Positions 1 to 13,800 of a stretch of DNA of 64,000 nucleotides are shown piece by piece (the first letter of the stretch is position 1; the number at the start of each line of letters is the position of its first letter). The stretch is from Eledone cirrhosa (Eukaryota), in NCBI GenBank assembly GCA_964016885.1, contig OZ024740.1, positions 415,648,001 through 415,712,000 on the forward strand. The letters run 5' to 3'. The notes under the pieces were generated by a model. The model had not been told where the DNA came from. It was given only the letters and a program-made list of their open reading frames with translations, and did not search any database. A program made the position numbers and the translations under genes.

Positions 1-3000
1 CAGATATAGTGTGTAAGAGTGAACACTGTGGGTATGGATATATGTTGTGTATGGAGGATGACAGTGAATCAGATATAGTATGTAAGAGAGAACACTGTGG
101 GTATGGACATATGTTGTGTATGGAGGAAGACAGTGAATCAGATATAGTGTGTAAGAGAGAACACTGTGGGTATGGACATATGTTGTGTATGGGGGATGAC
201 AGTGAATCAGATATAGTGTGTAAGAGAGAACACTGTGGGTATGGACATATGTTGTGTATGGGGGATGACAGTAAATCAGATATAGAGTGTAAGAGAGAAC
301 ACTGTGGGTATGGACATATGTTGTGTATGGGGGATGACAGTGAATCAGATATAGTGTGTAAGAGAGAACACTGTGGGTATGGACATATGTTGTGTATGGG
401 GGATGACAGTGAATCAAATATAGTGTGTAAGAGAGAACACTGTGGGTGTGTACATATGTTGTGTATGGGGGATGACAGTGAATCAGATATAGTGTGTAAG
501 AGAGTACACTGTGGGTATGCACATATGTTGTGTATGGGGGATGACAGTGGATCAAATATAGTGTGTAAGAGAGAACACTGGGTATGGACATATGTTATGT
601 ATTGGGGATGACAGTAAATCAGATATAGAGTGTAAGAGAGAACACTGTGTGTATGGACATATGTTGTGTATGGGTGATGACAGTGAAAAAGATATAGTGT
701 GTAAGAGAGAACACTGTGGGTATGGACATATGTTGTGTATGGGGGATGACAGTGAAAAAGATATAGTGTGTAAGAGAGAACACTGTGGGTATGGACATAT
801 GTTGTGTATGGGGGAAGACAGTGAATCAGATATAGTGTGTAAGAGTGAACACTGTGGGTATGGATATATGTTGTGTATGGGGGATGACAGTGAATCAGAT
901 ATAGTATGTAAGAGAGAACACTGTGGGTATGGACATATGTTGTGTATGGGGGATGACAGTGAATCAGATATAGTGTGTAAGAGAGAACACTGTGGGTATG
1001 GACATATGTTGTGTATGGGAGATGACAGTAAATCAGATATAGAGTGTAAGAGAGAACACTGTGGGTATGGACATATGTTGTGTATGGGGGATGACAGTGA
1101 ATAACATATAGTGTGTAAGAGAGAACACTGTGGGTATGGACATATGTTGTGTATGGTGGATGACAGTGAATCAGATATAGTGTGTAAGAGAGAATACTGT
1201 GGGTATGGAGATATGTTGTGTATGGGGGATGACAGTAAATCAGATATAGAGTGTAAGAGAGAACACTGTGCGTATGGACATATGTTGTGTATGGGGATGA
1301 CAGTGAATAAGATATAGTGTGTAAGAGAGAACACTGTGGGGATGGACATATGTTGTGTATGGGGGATGACAGTGAATCAGATATAGTGTGTAAGAGAGAA
1401 CACTGTGGGTATGGACATATGTTGTGTATGGGGGATGACAGTGAATCAGATATAGTATGTAAGAGAGAACACTGTGGGTTTGGACATATGTTGTGTATGG
1501 GGGATGACAGTGAATCAGATATAGCGTGTAAGAGAGAAAACTATGGGTATGGGGGATGACAGTAAATCAGATATAGAGTGTAAGAGAGAACACTGTGGGT
1601 ATGGACATATGTTGTGTATGGGGGAAGACAGTGAATCAGATATAGTGTGTAAGAGTGAACAATGTCGGTATGGACATATGTTGTGTATGGGGGAAGACAG
1701 TGAATCATATATAGAGTGTAAGAGAGAACACTGTGGGTATGGACATATGTTGTGTATGGGGGATGACAGTGAATCAGATATAGAGTGTAAGAGAGAACAC
1801 TGTGGGTATGGACATATGTTGTGTATGGGGGATGACAGTGAATCAGATATTGTGTGTAAGAGAGAACACTGTGGGTATGGACATATGTTGTGTATGGGTG
1901 ATGACAGTGAATCAGATATAGTATGTACGAGAGAACACTGTGGGTATGGACATATGCTGTGTATAGGGGATGACAGTGAATCAGAAATAGTGTGTAAGAG
2001 AGAACACTGTGGGTATGGACATATGTTGTGTATGGGGGATGACAGTGAATCAGATATAGTGTGTAAGAGAGAACACTGTTGGTATGGACATATGTTGTGT
2101 ATGGGGGATGACAGTGAAAAAGATATAGTGTGTAAGAGAGAACACTGTGGGTATGGACATATGTTGTGTATGGGGGATGACAGTGAAAAAGATATAGTGT
2201 GTAAGAGAGAATACTGTGGGTATGGACATATGTTGTGTATGGGGGAAGACAGTGAATCAGATATAGTGTGTAAGAGTGAACACTGTGGGTATGGATATAT
2301 GTTGTGTATGGAGGATGACAGTGAATCAGATATAGTATGTAAGAGAGAACACTGTGGGTATGGACATATGTTGTGTATGGAGGAAGACAGTGAATCAGAT
2401 ATAGTGTGTAAGAGAGAACACTGTGGGTATGGACATATGTTGTGTATGGGGGATGACAGTGAATCAGATATAGTGTGTAAGAGAGAACACTGTGGGTATG
2501 GACATATGTTGTGTATGGGGGATGACAGTAAATCAGATATAGAGTGTAAGAGAGAACACTGTGGGTATGGACATATGTTGTGTATGGGGGATGACAGTGA
2601 ATAACATATAGTGTGTAAGAGAGAACACTGTGGGTATGGACATATGTTGTGTATGGGGGATGACAGTGAATCAGATATAGTGTGTAAGAGAGAACACTGT
2701 GGGTATGGACATATGTTGTGTATGGGGGATGACAGTAAATCAGATATAGAGTGTAAGAGAGAACACTGTGGGTATGGACATATGTTGTGTATGGGGGATG
2801 ACAGTGAATAAGATATAGTGTGTAAGAGAGAACACTGTGGGTATGGACATATGTTGTGTATGGGGGATGACAGTGAATCAGATATAGTGTGTAAGAGAGA
2901 ACACAGTGTGTATGGACATATGTTGTGTATGAGGGATGACAGTGAATCAGATATAGTGTGTAAGAGAGAACACTGTGGGTATGGACATATGTTGTGTATG

Positions 3001-3989
3001 GGGGATGACAGTGAATCAGATATAGTGTGTAAGAGAGAACACTGTGGGTATGGACATATGTTGTGTATGGGGGAAGACAGTGAATCAGATATAGAGTGTA
3101 AGAGAGAACACTGTGGGTATGGACATATGTTGTGTATGGGGGATGACAGTGAATCAGATATAGTGTGTAAGAGAGAACACTGTGGGTATGGACATATGTT
3201 GTGTATGGGGGATGACAGTGAAGCAGATATAGTGTGTAAGAGAGAACACTGTGGGTATGGACATATGTTGTGTATGGCGGAAGACAGTGAATCTGATATA
3301 GAGTGTAAGAGAGAACACTGTGGGTATGGACATATGTTGTGTATGGGGGATGACAGTGAATCAGATATAGAGTGTAAGAGAGAACACTGTGGGTATGGAC
3401 ATATGTTGTGTATGGGGGATGACAGTGAATCAGATACAGTGTGTAAGAGAGAACACTGTTGGTATGGACATATGTTGTGTATTGGGGATGACAGTAAATC
3501 AGATATAGAGTGTAAGAGAGAACACTGTGTGTATGGACATATGTTGTGTATGGGGGATGACAGTGAAAAAGATATAGTGTGTAAGAGAGAACAATGTGGG
3601 TATGGACATATGTTGTGTATGGGGGAAGACAGTGAATCAGATATAGTGTGTAAGAGTGAACACCGTGGGTATGGATATATGTTGTGTATGGGGGATGACA
3701 GTGAATCAGATATAGTATGTAAGAGAGAACACTGTGGGTATGGACATATGTTGTGTATGGAGGAAGACAGTGAATCAGATATAGTGTGTAAGAGAGAACA
3801 CTGTGGGTATGGACATATGTTGTGTATGGGGGATGACTGTGAATCAGATATAGTGTGTAAGAGAGAACACTGTGGGTATGGACATATGTTGTGTATGGGG
3901 GATGACAGTAAATCAGATATAGAGTGTAAGGGAGAACACTGTGGGTATGGACATATGTTGTGTATGGGGGATGACAGTGAATAACATAT

Positions 3990-6900
3990 AGTGTGTAAGA
4001 GAGAACACTGTGGGTATGGACATATGTTGTGTATGGGGGATGACAGTAAATCAGATATAGAGTGTAAGAGAGAACACTGTGGGTATGTACATATGTTGTG
4101 TATGGGGGATGACACTAATTCAGATATAGTATGTAAGAGAGAACACTGTGGCTATGGACATATGTTGTGTATGGGGGATGACAGTGAATCAGATATAGTG
4201 TGTAAGAGAGAACACTGTGGGTATGGACATATGTTGTGTATGGGGGATGACAGTGAATCAGATATAGTGTGTAAGAGAGAACACTGTGGGTATGGACATA
4301 TGTTGTGTATGGGGGATGAGAGTAAATCAGATATAGAGTGTAAGCGAGAACACTGTGGGTATGGACATATGTTGTGTATGGGGGAAGACAGTGAATCAGA
4401 TATAGTGTTAAAGAGAGAACACTGTGGGTATGGACATATGTTGTGTATGGGGGATGACAGTGAATCAGATATAGTGTGTAAGAGAGAACACTGTGGGTAT
4501 GGACATATGTTGTGTATGGGGGATGACAGTGAATCAGATATAGTGTGTAAGAGAGAACACTCTGGGTATGGACATATGTTGTGTATGGGGGAAGACAGTG
4601 AATCAGATATAGTGTGTAAGAGAGAACACTGTGGGTATGGACATATGTTGTGTATGGGGGATGACAGTGAAACAGATATAGAGTGTAAGAGAGAACACTG
4701 TGGGTATGGACATATGTTGTGTATGGGGGATGACAGTGAATCAGATATAGTGTGTAAGAGAGAACACTGTGGGTATGGACATATGTTGTGTATGGGGGAT
4801 GACAGTGAATCAGATATAGTGTGTAAGAGAGAACACTGTGGGTATGGACATATGTTGTGTATGGGGGATGACAGTGAATCAGATATAGTGTGTAAGAGAG
4901 AACACTCTGGGTATGGACATATGTTGCATATGGGGGATGACAGTTAATCAGATATAGTGTGTAAGAGAGAACACTGTGGGTATGGACATATATTGTGTAT
5001 GGGGGATGACAGTGAATCAGATATATTGTGTAAGAGAGAACACTGTGGGTATGGACATATGTTGTGTATGGGGGATGACAGGGAATCAGATATAGTGTGT
5101 AAGAGAGAACACTGTGGGTATGGACATATGTTGTGTATGGGGGATGACAGTGAATCAGATATAGTGTGTAAGAGAGAACACTGTGGGTATGGACATATGT
5201 TGTGTATGGGGGATGACAGTGAATCAGATATAGAGTGTAAGAGAGAACACTGTGGGTATGGACATATGTTGTGTATGGGAGATGACAGTAAATAAGTTAT
5301 AGTGTGTAAGAGAGAACACTGAGGGTATGGACATATGTTGTCTATGGGGGATGACAGTAAATCAGATATAGTGTGTAAGAGACAACACTGTGGGTATGGA
5401 CATATGTTGTGTATGGTGGTTGACAGTGAATCAGATATAGTGTGTAAGAGAGAACACTGTGGCTATGGACATATGTTGTGTAAGGTGGTTGACAGTGAAT
5501 CAGATATAGTGTGTAAGAGAGAACACTGTGGGTATGGACATATGTTGTGTATGGGGGATGACAGTCAATCAGATATAGAGTGTAAGGAGAACACTGTGGG
5601 TATGGACATATGTTGTGTATGGGGGATGACAGTAAATCAGATATAGTGTGTAAGAGAGAACACTGTGGGTATGGACATATGTTGTGTATGGGGGATGACA
5701 GTGAATCAAATATAGTGTGTAAGAGAGAACACTGTGGGTATGGACATATGTTGTATATGGGGGACGACAGTGAATCAGATATAGTGTGTAAGAGAGAACA
5801 CTGTGGGTATGGACATATGTTGTGTATGGGGGATGACAGTGAATCAAATATAGTGTGTAAGAGAGAACACTGTGGGTATGGACATATGTTGTATATGGGG
5901 GATGACAGTGAATCAGATATAGTGTGTAAGAGAGAACACTGTGGGTATGGACATATGTTGTGTATGGGGGATGACAGTGAATCAGATATAGAGTGTAAGA
6001 GAGAACACTGTGGGTATGGACATATGTTGTGTATGGGGGATGACAGTGAATCAGATATAGTGTGTAAGAGAGAACACTGTGGGTATGGACATATGTTGTG
6101 TATGGGGGATGACAGTGAATCAGATATAGTGTGTAAGAGAGAACACTGTGGGTATGGACATATGTTGTGTATGGGGGATGACAGTGAATCAAATATAGTG
6201 TGTAAGAGAGAACACTGTGGGTGTGGACATATGTTGTGTATGGGGGATGACAGTGAATCAGATATAGTGTGTAAGAGAGTACACTGTGGGTATGCACGTA
6301 TGTTGTGTATGGGGGATGACAGTGGATCAAATATAGTGTGTAAGAGAGAACACTGTGGGTATGGACATATGTTGTGTATGGGGGATGACAGTGAATCAGA
6401 TATAGTGTGTAAGAGAGAACACTGTGGGTATGGACATATGTTGTGTATGGTGGTTGACAGTGAATCAGATATAGTGTGTAAGAGAGAACACTGTGGGTAT
6501 GGACATATGTTGTGTATGGGGATGACAGTGAATCAAATATAGTGCGTAAGACAGAACACCGTGGGTATGGACATATGTTGTGTATGGGGCATGACAGTGA
6601 ATCAAATATAGTGTGTAAGAGAGAACACTGTGGGTATGGACATATGTTGTATATGGGGGATGACAGTGAATCAGATATAGTGTGTAAGAGAGAACACTGT
6701 TGGTATGGACATATGTTGTGTATGGGGGATGACAGTGAATCAAATATAGTGTGTAAGAGAGAACACTGTGGGTATGGACATATGTTGTATATGGGGGATG
6801 ACAGTGAATCAGATAAAGTGTGTAAGAGAGAACACTGTGGGTATGGACATATGTTGTGTATGGGGGATGACAGTGAATCAGATATAGAGTGTAAGAGAGA

Positions 6901-9900
6901 ACACTGTGGGTATGGACATATGTTGTGTATGAGGGATGACAGTGAATCAGATATAGTGTGTAAGAGAGAACACTGTGGGTATGGACATATGTTGTGTATG
7001 GGGGATGACAGTGAATCAAATATAGTGTTTAAGAGAGAACACTGTGGGTATGGACATATGTTGTGTATGGGGGATGACAGTGAATCAGATATAGTGTGTA
7101 AGAGAGTACACTGTGGGTATGGACATATGTTGTGTATGGGGGATGACAGTGGATCAAATATAGTGTGTAAGAGAGAACACTGTGGGTATGGACATATGTT
7201 GTGTATGGGGGATGACAGTGAATCAGATATAGTGTGTAAGAGAGAACACTGTGGGTATGGACATATGTTGTGTATGGTGGTTGACAGTGAATCAGATATA
7301 GTGTGTAAGAGAGAACACTGTGGGTATGGACATATGTTGTGTATGGGGGATGACAGTGAATCAAATATAGTGTGTAAGAGAGAACACTCTGGGTATGGAC
7401 ATATGTTGTGTATGGGGGATGACAGTAAATCAGATATAGAGTGTAAGAGAGAACACTGTGGGTATGGACATATGTTGTGTATGGGGGATGACAGTAAATC
7501 AGATATAGAGTGTAAGAGAGAACACTGTGGGTATGTACATATGTTGTGTATGGGGGATGACACTAATTCAGATATAGTATGTAAGAGAGAACACTGTGGC
7601 TATGGACATATGTTGTGTATGGGGGATGACAGTGAATCAGATATAGTGTGTAAGAGAGAACACTGTGGGTATGGACATATGTTGTGTATGGGGGATGACA
7701 GTGAATCAGATATAGTGTGTAAGAGAGAACACTGTGGGTATGGACATATGTTGTGTATGGGGGATGAGAGTAAATCAGATATAGAGTGTAAGCGAGAACA
7801 CTGTGGGTATGGACATATGTTGTGTATGGGGGAAGACAGTGAATCAGATATAGTGTTAAAGAGAGAACACTGTGGGTATGGACATATGTTGTGTATGGGG
7901 GATGACAGTGAATCAGATATAGTGTGTAAGAGAGAACACTGTGGGTATGGACATATGTTGTGTATGGGGGATGACAGTGAATCAGATATAGTGTGTAAGA
8001 GAGAACACTCTGGGTATGGACATATGTTGTGTATGGGGGAAGACAGTGAATCAGATATAGTGTGTAAGAGAGAACACTGTGGGTATGGACATATGTTGTG
8101 TATGGGGGATGACAGTGAAACAGATATAGAGTGTAAGAGAGAACACTGTGGGTATGGACATATGTTGTGTATGGGGGATGACAGTGAATCAGATATAGTG
8201 TGTAAGAGAGAACACTGTGGGTATGGACATATGTTGTGTATGGGGGATGACAGTGAATCAGATATAGTGTGTAAGAGAGAACACTGTGGGTATGGACATA
8301 TGTTGTGTATGGGGGATGACAGTGAATCAGATATAGTGTGTAAGAGAGAACACTCTGGGTATGGACATATGTTGCATATGGGGGATGACAGTTAATCAGA
8401 TATAGTGTGTAAGAGAGAACACTGTGGGTATGGACATATATTGTGTATGGGGGATGACAGTGAATCAGATATATTGTGTAAGAGAGAACACTGTGGGTAT
8501 GGACATATGTTGTGTATGGGGGATGACAGGGAATCAGATATAGTGTGTAAGAGAGAACACTGTGGGTATGGACATATGTTGTGTATGGGGGATGACAGTG
8601 AATCAGATATAGTGTGTAAGAGAGAACACTGTGCGTATGGACATATGTTGTGTATGGGGGATGACAGTGAATCAGATATAGAGTGTAAGAGAGAACACTG
8701 TGGGTATGGACATATGTTGTGTATGGGAGATGACAGTAAATAAGTTATAGTGTGTAAGAGAGAACACTGAGGGTATGGACATATGTTGTCTATGGGGGAT
8801 GACAGTAAATCAGATATAGTGTGTAAGAGACAACACTGTGGGTATGGACATATGTTGTGTATGGTGGTTGAGAGTGAATCAGATATAGTGTGTAAGAGAG
8901 AACACTGTGGCTATGGACATATGTTGTGTAAGGTGGTTGACAGTGAATCAGATATAGTGTGTAAGAGAGAACACTGTGGGTATGGACATATGTTGTGTAT
9001 GGGGGATGACAGTCAATCAGATATAGAGTGTAAGGAGAACACTGTGGGTATGGACATATGTTGTGTATGGGGGATGACAGTAAATCAGATATAGTGTGTA
9101 AGAGAGAACACTGTGGGTATGGACATATGTTGTGTATGGGGGATGACAGTGAATCAAATATAGTGTGTAAGAGAGAACACTGTGGGTATGGACATATGTT
9201 GTATATGGGGGACGACAGTGAATCAGATATAGTGTGTAAGAGAGAACACTGTGGGTATGGACATATGTTGTGTATGGGGGATGACAGTGAATCAAATATA
9301 GTGTGTAAGAGAGAACACTGTGGGTATGGACATATGTTGTATATGGGGGATGACAGTGAATCAGATATAGTGTGTAAGAGAGAACACTGTGGGTATGGAC
9401 ATATGTTGTGTATGGGGGATGACAGTGAATCAGATATAGAGTGTAAGAGAGAACACTGTGGGTATGGACATATGTTGTGTATGGGGGATGACAGTGAATC
9501 AGATATAGTGTGTAAGAGAGAACACTGTGGGTATGGACATATGTTGTGTATGGGGGATGACAGTGAATCAGATATAGTGTGTAAGAGAGAACACTGTGGG
9601 TATGGACATATGTTGTGTATGGGGGATGACAGTGAATCAAATATAGTGTGTAAGAGAGAACACTGTGGGTGTGGACATATGTTGTGTATGGGGGATGACA
9701 GTGAATCAGATATAGTGTGTAAGAGAGTACACTGTGGGTATGCACGTATGTTGTGTATGGGGGATGACAGTGGATCAAATATAGTGTGTAAGAGAGAACA
9801 CTGTGGGTATGGACATATGTTGTGTATGGGGGATGACAGTGAATCAGATATAGTGTGTAAGAGAGAACACTGTGGGTATGGACATATGTTGTGTATGGTG

Positions 9901-10870
9901 GTTGACAGTGAATCAGATATAGTGTGTAAGAGAGAACACTGTGGGTATGGACATATGTTGTGTATGGGGATGACAGTGAATCAAATATAGTGCGTAAGAC
10001 AGAACACCGTGGGTATGGACATATGTTGTGTATGGGGCATGACAGTGAATCAAATATAGTGTGTAAGAGAGAACACTGTGGGTATGGACATATGTTGTAT
10101 ATGGGGGATGACAGTGAATCAGATATAGTGTGTAAGAGAGAACACTGTTGGTATGGACATATGTTGTGTATGGGGGATGACAGTGAATCAAATATAGTGT
10201 GTAAGAGAGAACACTGCGGGTATGGACATATGTTGTATATGGGGGATGACAGTGAATCAGATAAAGTGTGTAAGAGAGAACACTGTGGGTATGGACATAT
10301 GTTGTGTATAGGGGATGACAGTGAATCAGATATAGAGTGTAAGAGAGAACACTGTGGGTATGGACATATGTTGTGTATGAGGGATGACAGTGAATCAGAT
10401 ATAGTGTGTAAGAGAGAACACTGTGGGTATGGACATATGTTGTGTATGGGGGATGACAGTGAATCAAATATAGTGTTTAAGAGAGAACACTGTGGGTATG
10501 GACATATGTTGTGTATGGGGGATGACAGTGAATCAGATATAGTGTGTAAGAGAGTACACTGTGGGTATGGACATATGTTGTGTATGGGGGATGACAGTGG
10601 ATCAAATATAGTGTGTAAGAGAGAACACTGTGGGTATGGACATATGTTGTGTATGGGGGATGACAGTGAATCAGATATAGTGTGTAAGAGAGAACACTGT
10701 GGGTATGGACATATGTTGTGTATGGTGGTTGACAGTGAATCAGATATAGTGTGTAAGAGAGAACACTGTGGGTATGGACATATGTTGTGTATGGGGGATG
10801 ACAGTGAATCAAATATAGTGTGTAAGAGAGAACACTCTGGGTATGGACATATGTTGTGTATGGGGGATGA
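3990..10870. repeat. Tandem duplication of a 3448-bp (50-monomer) block
   Basis: Rare markers recur at +3448 (50x69-2): GACACTAATT at 4111/7559, and ORF starts 4957/8405, 5335/8783, 5610/9058, 6512/9960. Confidence 0.92.
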
Positions 10871-13800
10871 CAGTGAATCAGATATAGTGTCTAAGAGAGA
10901 ACACTGTGGGTATGGACATATGTTGTGTATGGGGGATGACAGTGAATCAGATATAGAGTGTAAGAGAGAACACTGTGGGTATGGACATATGTTGTGTATG
11001 GGGGATGACAGTAAATAAGATATAGTGTGTAAGAGAGAACACTGTGGGTATGGACATATGTTGTGTATGGGGGATGACAGTGAATCAGATATAGTGTGTA
11101 AGAGAGAACACAGTGGGTATGGACATATGTTGTGTATGGGGGATGACAGTGAATCAGATATAGTGTGTAAGAGAGAACACTGTGGGTATGGACATATGTT
11201 GTGTATGGGGGATGACAGTGAATCAGATATAGTGTGTAAGAGAGAACACTGTGGGTATGGACATATGTTGTGTATGGGGGAAGACAGTGAATCAGATATA
11301 GAGTGTAAGAGAGAACACTGTGGTTATGGACATATGTTGTGTATGGGGGATGACAGTGAATCAGATATAGTGTGTAAGAGAGAACACTGTGGGTATGGAC
11401 ATATGTTGTGTGTGGGGGATGACAGTGAATCAGATATAGTGTGTAAGAGAGAACACTGTGGGTATGGACATATGTTGTGTATGGGGGAAGACAGTGAATC
11501 TGATATAGAGTGTAAGAGAGAACACGGTGGGTATGGACATATGTTGTGTATGGGTGATGACAGTGAATCAGATATAGAGTGTAAGAGAGAACACTGTGGG
11601 TATGGACATATGTTGTGTATGGGGGATGACAGTGAATCAGATACAGTGTGTAAGAGAGAACACTGTGGGTATGGACATATGTTGTGTATGGGGGATGACA
11701 GTGAATCAGAAATAGTGTGTAAGAGAGAACACTGTGGGTATGGACATATGTTGTGTATGGGGGATGACAGTGAATAAGATATAGTGTGTAAGAGAGAACA
11801 CTGTTGGTATGGACATATGTTGTGTATTGGGGATGACAGTAAATCAGATATAGAGTGTAAGAGAGAACACTGTGTGTATGGACATATGATGTGTATGGGG
11901 GATGACAGTGAAAAAGATATAGTGTGTAAGAGAGAACACTGTGGGTATGGACATATGTTGTGTATGGGGGATGACAGTGAAAAAGATATAGTGTGTAAGA
12001 GAGAACACTGTGGGTATGGACATATGTTGTGTATGGGGGAAGACAGTGAATCAGATATAGTGTGTAAGAGAGAACAGTGTGGGTATGGATATATGTTGTG
12101 TATGGGGGATGACAGTGAATCAGATATAGTATGTAAGAGAGAACACTGTGGGTATGGACATATGTTGTGTATGGAGGAAGACAGTGAATCAGATATAGTG
12201 TGTAAGAGAGAACACTGTGGGTATGGACATATGTTGTGTATGGGGGATGACTGTGAATCAGATATAGTGTGTAAGAGAGAACACTGTGGGTATGGACATA
12301 TGTTGTGTATGGGGGATGACAGGGAATCAGATATAGAGTGTAAGAGAGAACACTGTGGGTATGGACATATGTTGTGTATGGGGGATGACAGTGAATAACA
12401 TATAGTGTGTAAGAGAGAACACTGTGGGTATGGGGGATGACAGTGAATCAGATATAGTGTGTAAGAGAGAATACTGTGGGTATGGACATATGTTGTGTAT
12501 GGGGGATGACACTAAATCAGATATAGAGTGTAAGAGAGAACACTGTGGGTATGGACATATGTTGTGTATGGGGATGACAGTGAATAAGATATAGTGTGTA
12601 AGAGAGAACACTGTGGGGATGGACATATGTTGTGTATGGGGGATGACAGTGAATCAGATATAGTGTGTAAGAGAGAACACTCTGGGTATGGACATATGTT
12701 GTGTATGGGGGATGACAGTGAATCAGATATAGTATGTAAGAGAGAACACTGTGGGTTTGGAGATATGTTGTGTATGGGGGATGACAGTGAATCAGATATA
12801 GTGTGTAAGAGAGAAAACTGTGGGTATGGACATATGTTGTGTATGGGGGATGACAGTGAATCAGATATAGTGTGTAAGAGAGAACACTGTGGGTATGGAC
12901 ATATGTTGTGTATGGGGGAAGACAGTGAATCAGATATAGTGTGTAAGAGTGAACACTGTCGGTATGGACATATGTTGTGTATGGGGGAAGACAGTGAATC
13001 ATATATAGAGTGTAAGAGAGAACACTGTGGGTATGGACATATGTTGTGTATGGGGGATGACAGTGAATCAGATATAGAGTGTAAGAGAGAACACTGTGGG
13101 TATGGACATATGTTGTGTATGGGGGATTACAGTGAATCAGATATTGTGTGTAAGAGAGAACACTGTGGGTATGGACATATGTTGTGTATGGGGCATGACA
13201 GTGAATCAGATATAGTATGTAAGAGAGAACACTGTGGCTATGGACATATGTTGTGTATGGGGGATGACAGTAAATCAGATATAGAGTGTAAGAGAGAACA
13301 CTGTGGGTATGGACATATGTTGTGTATGGGGGATGACAGTGAATCAGATATTGTGTGTAAGAGAGAACACTGTGGGTATGGACATATGTTGTGTATGGGG
13401 GATGAGAGTGAATCAGATATAGTATGTACGAGAGAACACTGTGGGTATGGACATATGTTGTGTATGGGGGATGACAGTAAATCAGATATTGAGTGTAAAA
13501 GAGAACACTGTAGGTATGTACATATGTTGTGTATGGGGGATGACAGTAATTCAGATATAGAGTGTAAGAGAGAACACTGTGGGTATGGACATATGTTGTG
13601 TATGGGGGATGACAGTGAATCAGATATAGTGTGTAAGAGAGAACACTGTGGGTATGGACATATGTTGTGTATGGGGGATGACAGTGAATCAGATATAGTG
13701 TGTAAGAGAGAACACTGTGGGTATGGACATATGTTGTGTATGGGGGATGAGAGTAAATCAGATATAGAGTGTAAGCGAGAACACTGTGGTTATGGACATA

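Noticed and set aside
1-69. Primate 68-bp beta (Sau3A) satellite
   Set aside because: Only the length and a faint resemblance around GATGACAGTGAATCAGATAT are shared. The consensus has no GATC site and the rest does not match my recollection of that family. An alignment to Dfam BSR/Beta would settle it.
1-69. CENP-B box or canonical telomeric repeat
   Set aside because: The CENP-B box needs TTCG...CGGG and the consensus has no CpG. There are no TTAGGG-type tandem runs despite the G-rich strand.
575-590. 2-bp-short monomer (CACTGGGTATGG) as a meaningful junction
   Set aside because: It is a single small indel in a monomer otherwise homologous to the CACTGTTGG...ATTGGGG type. No non-repeat sequence is inserted.
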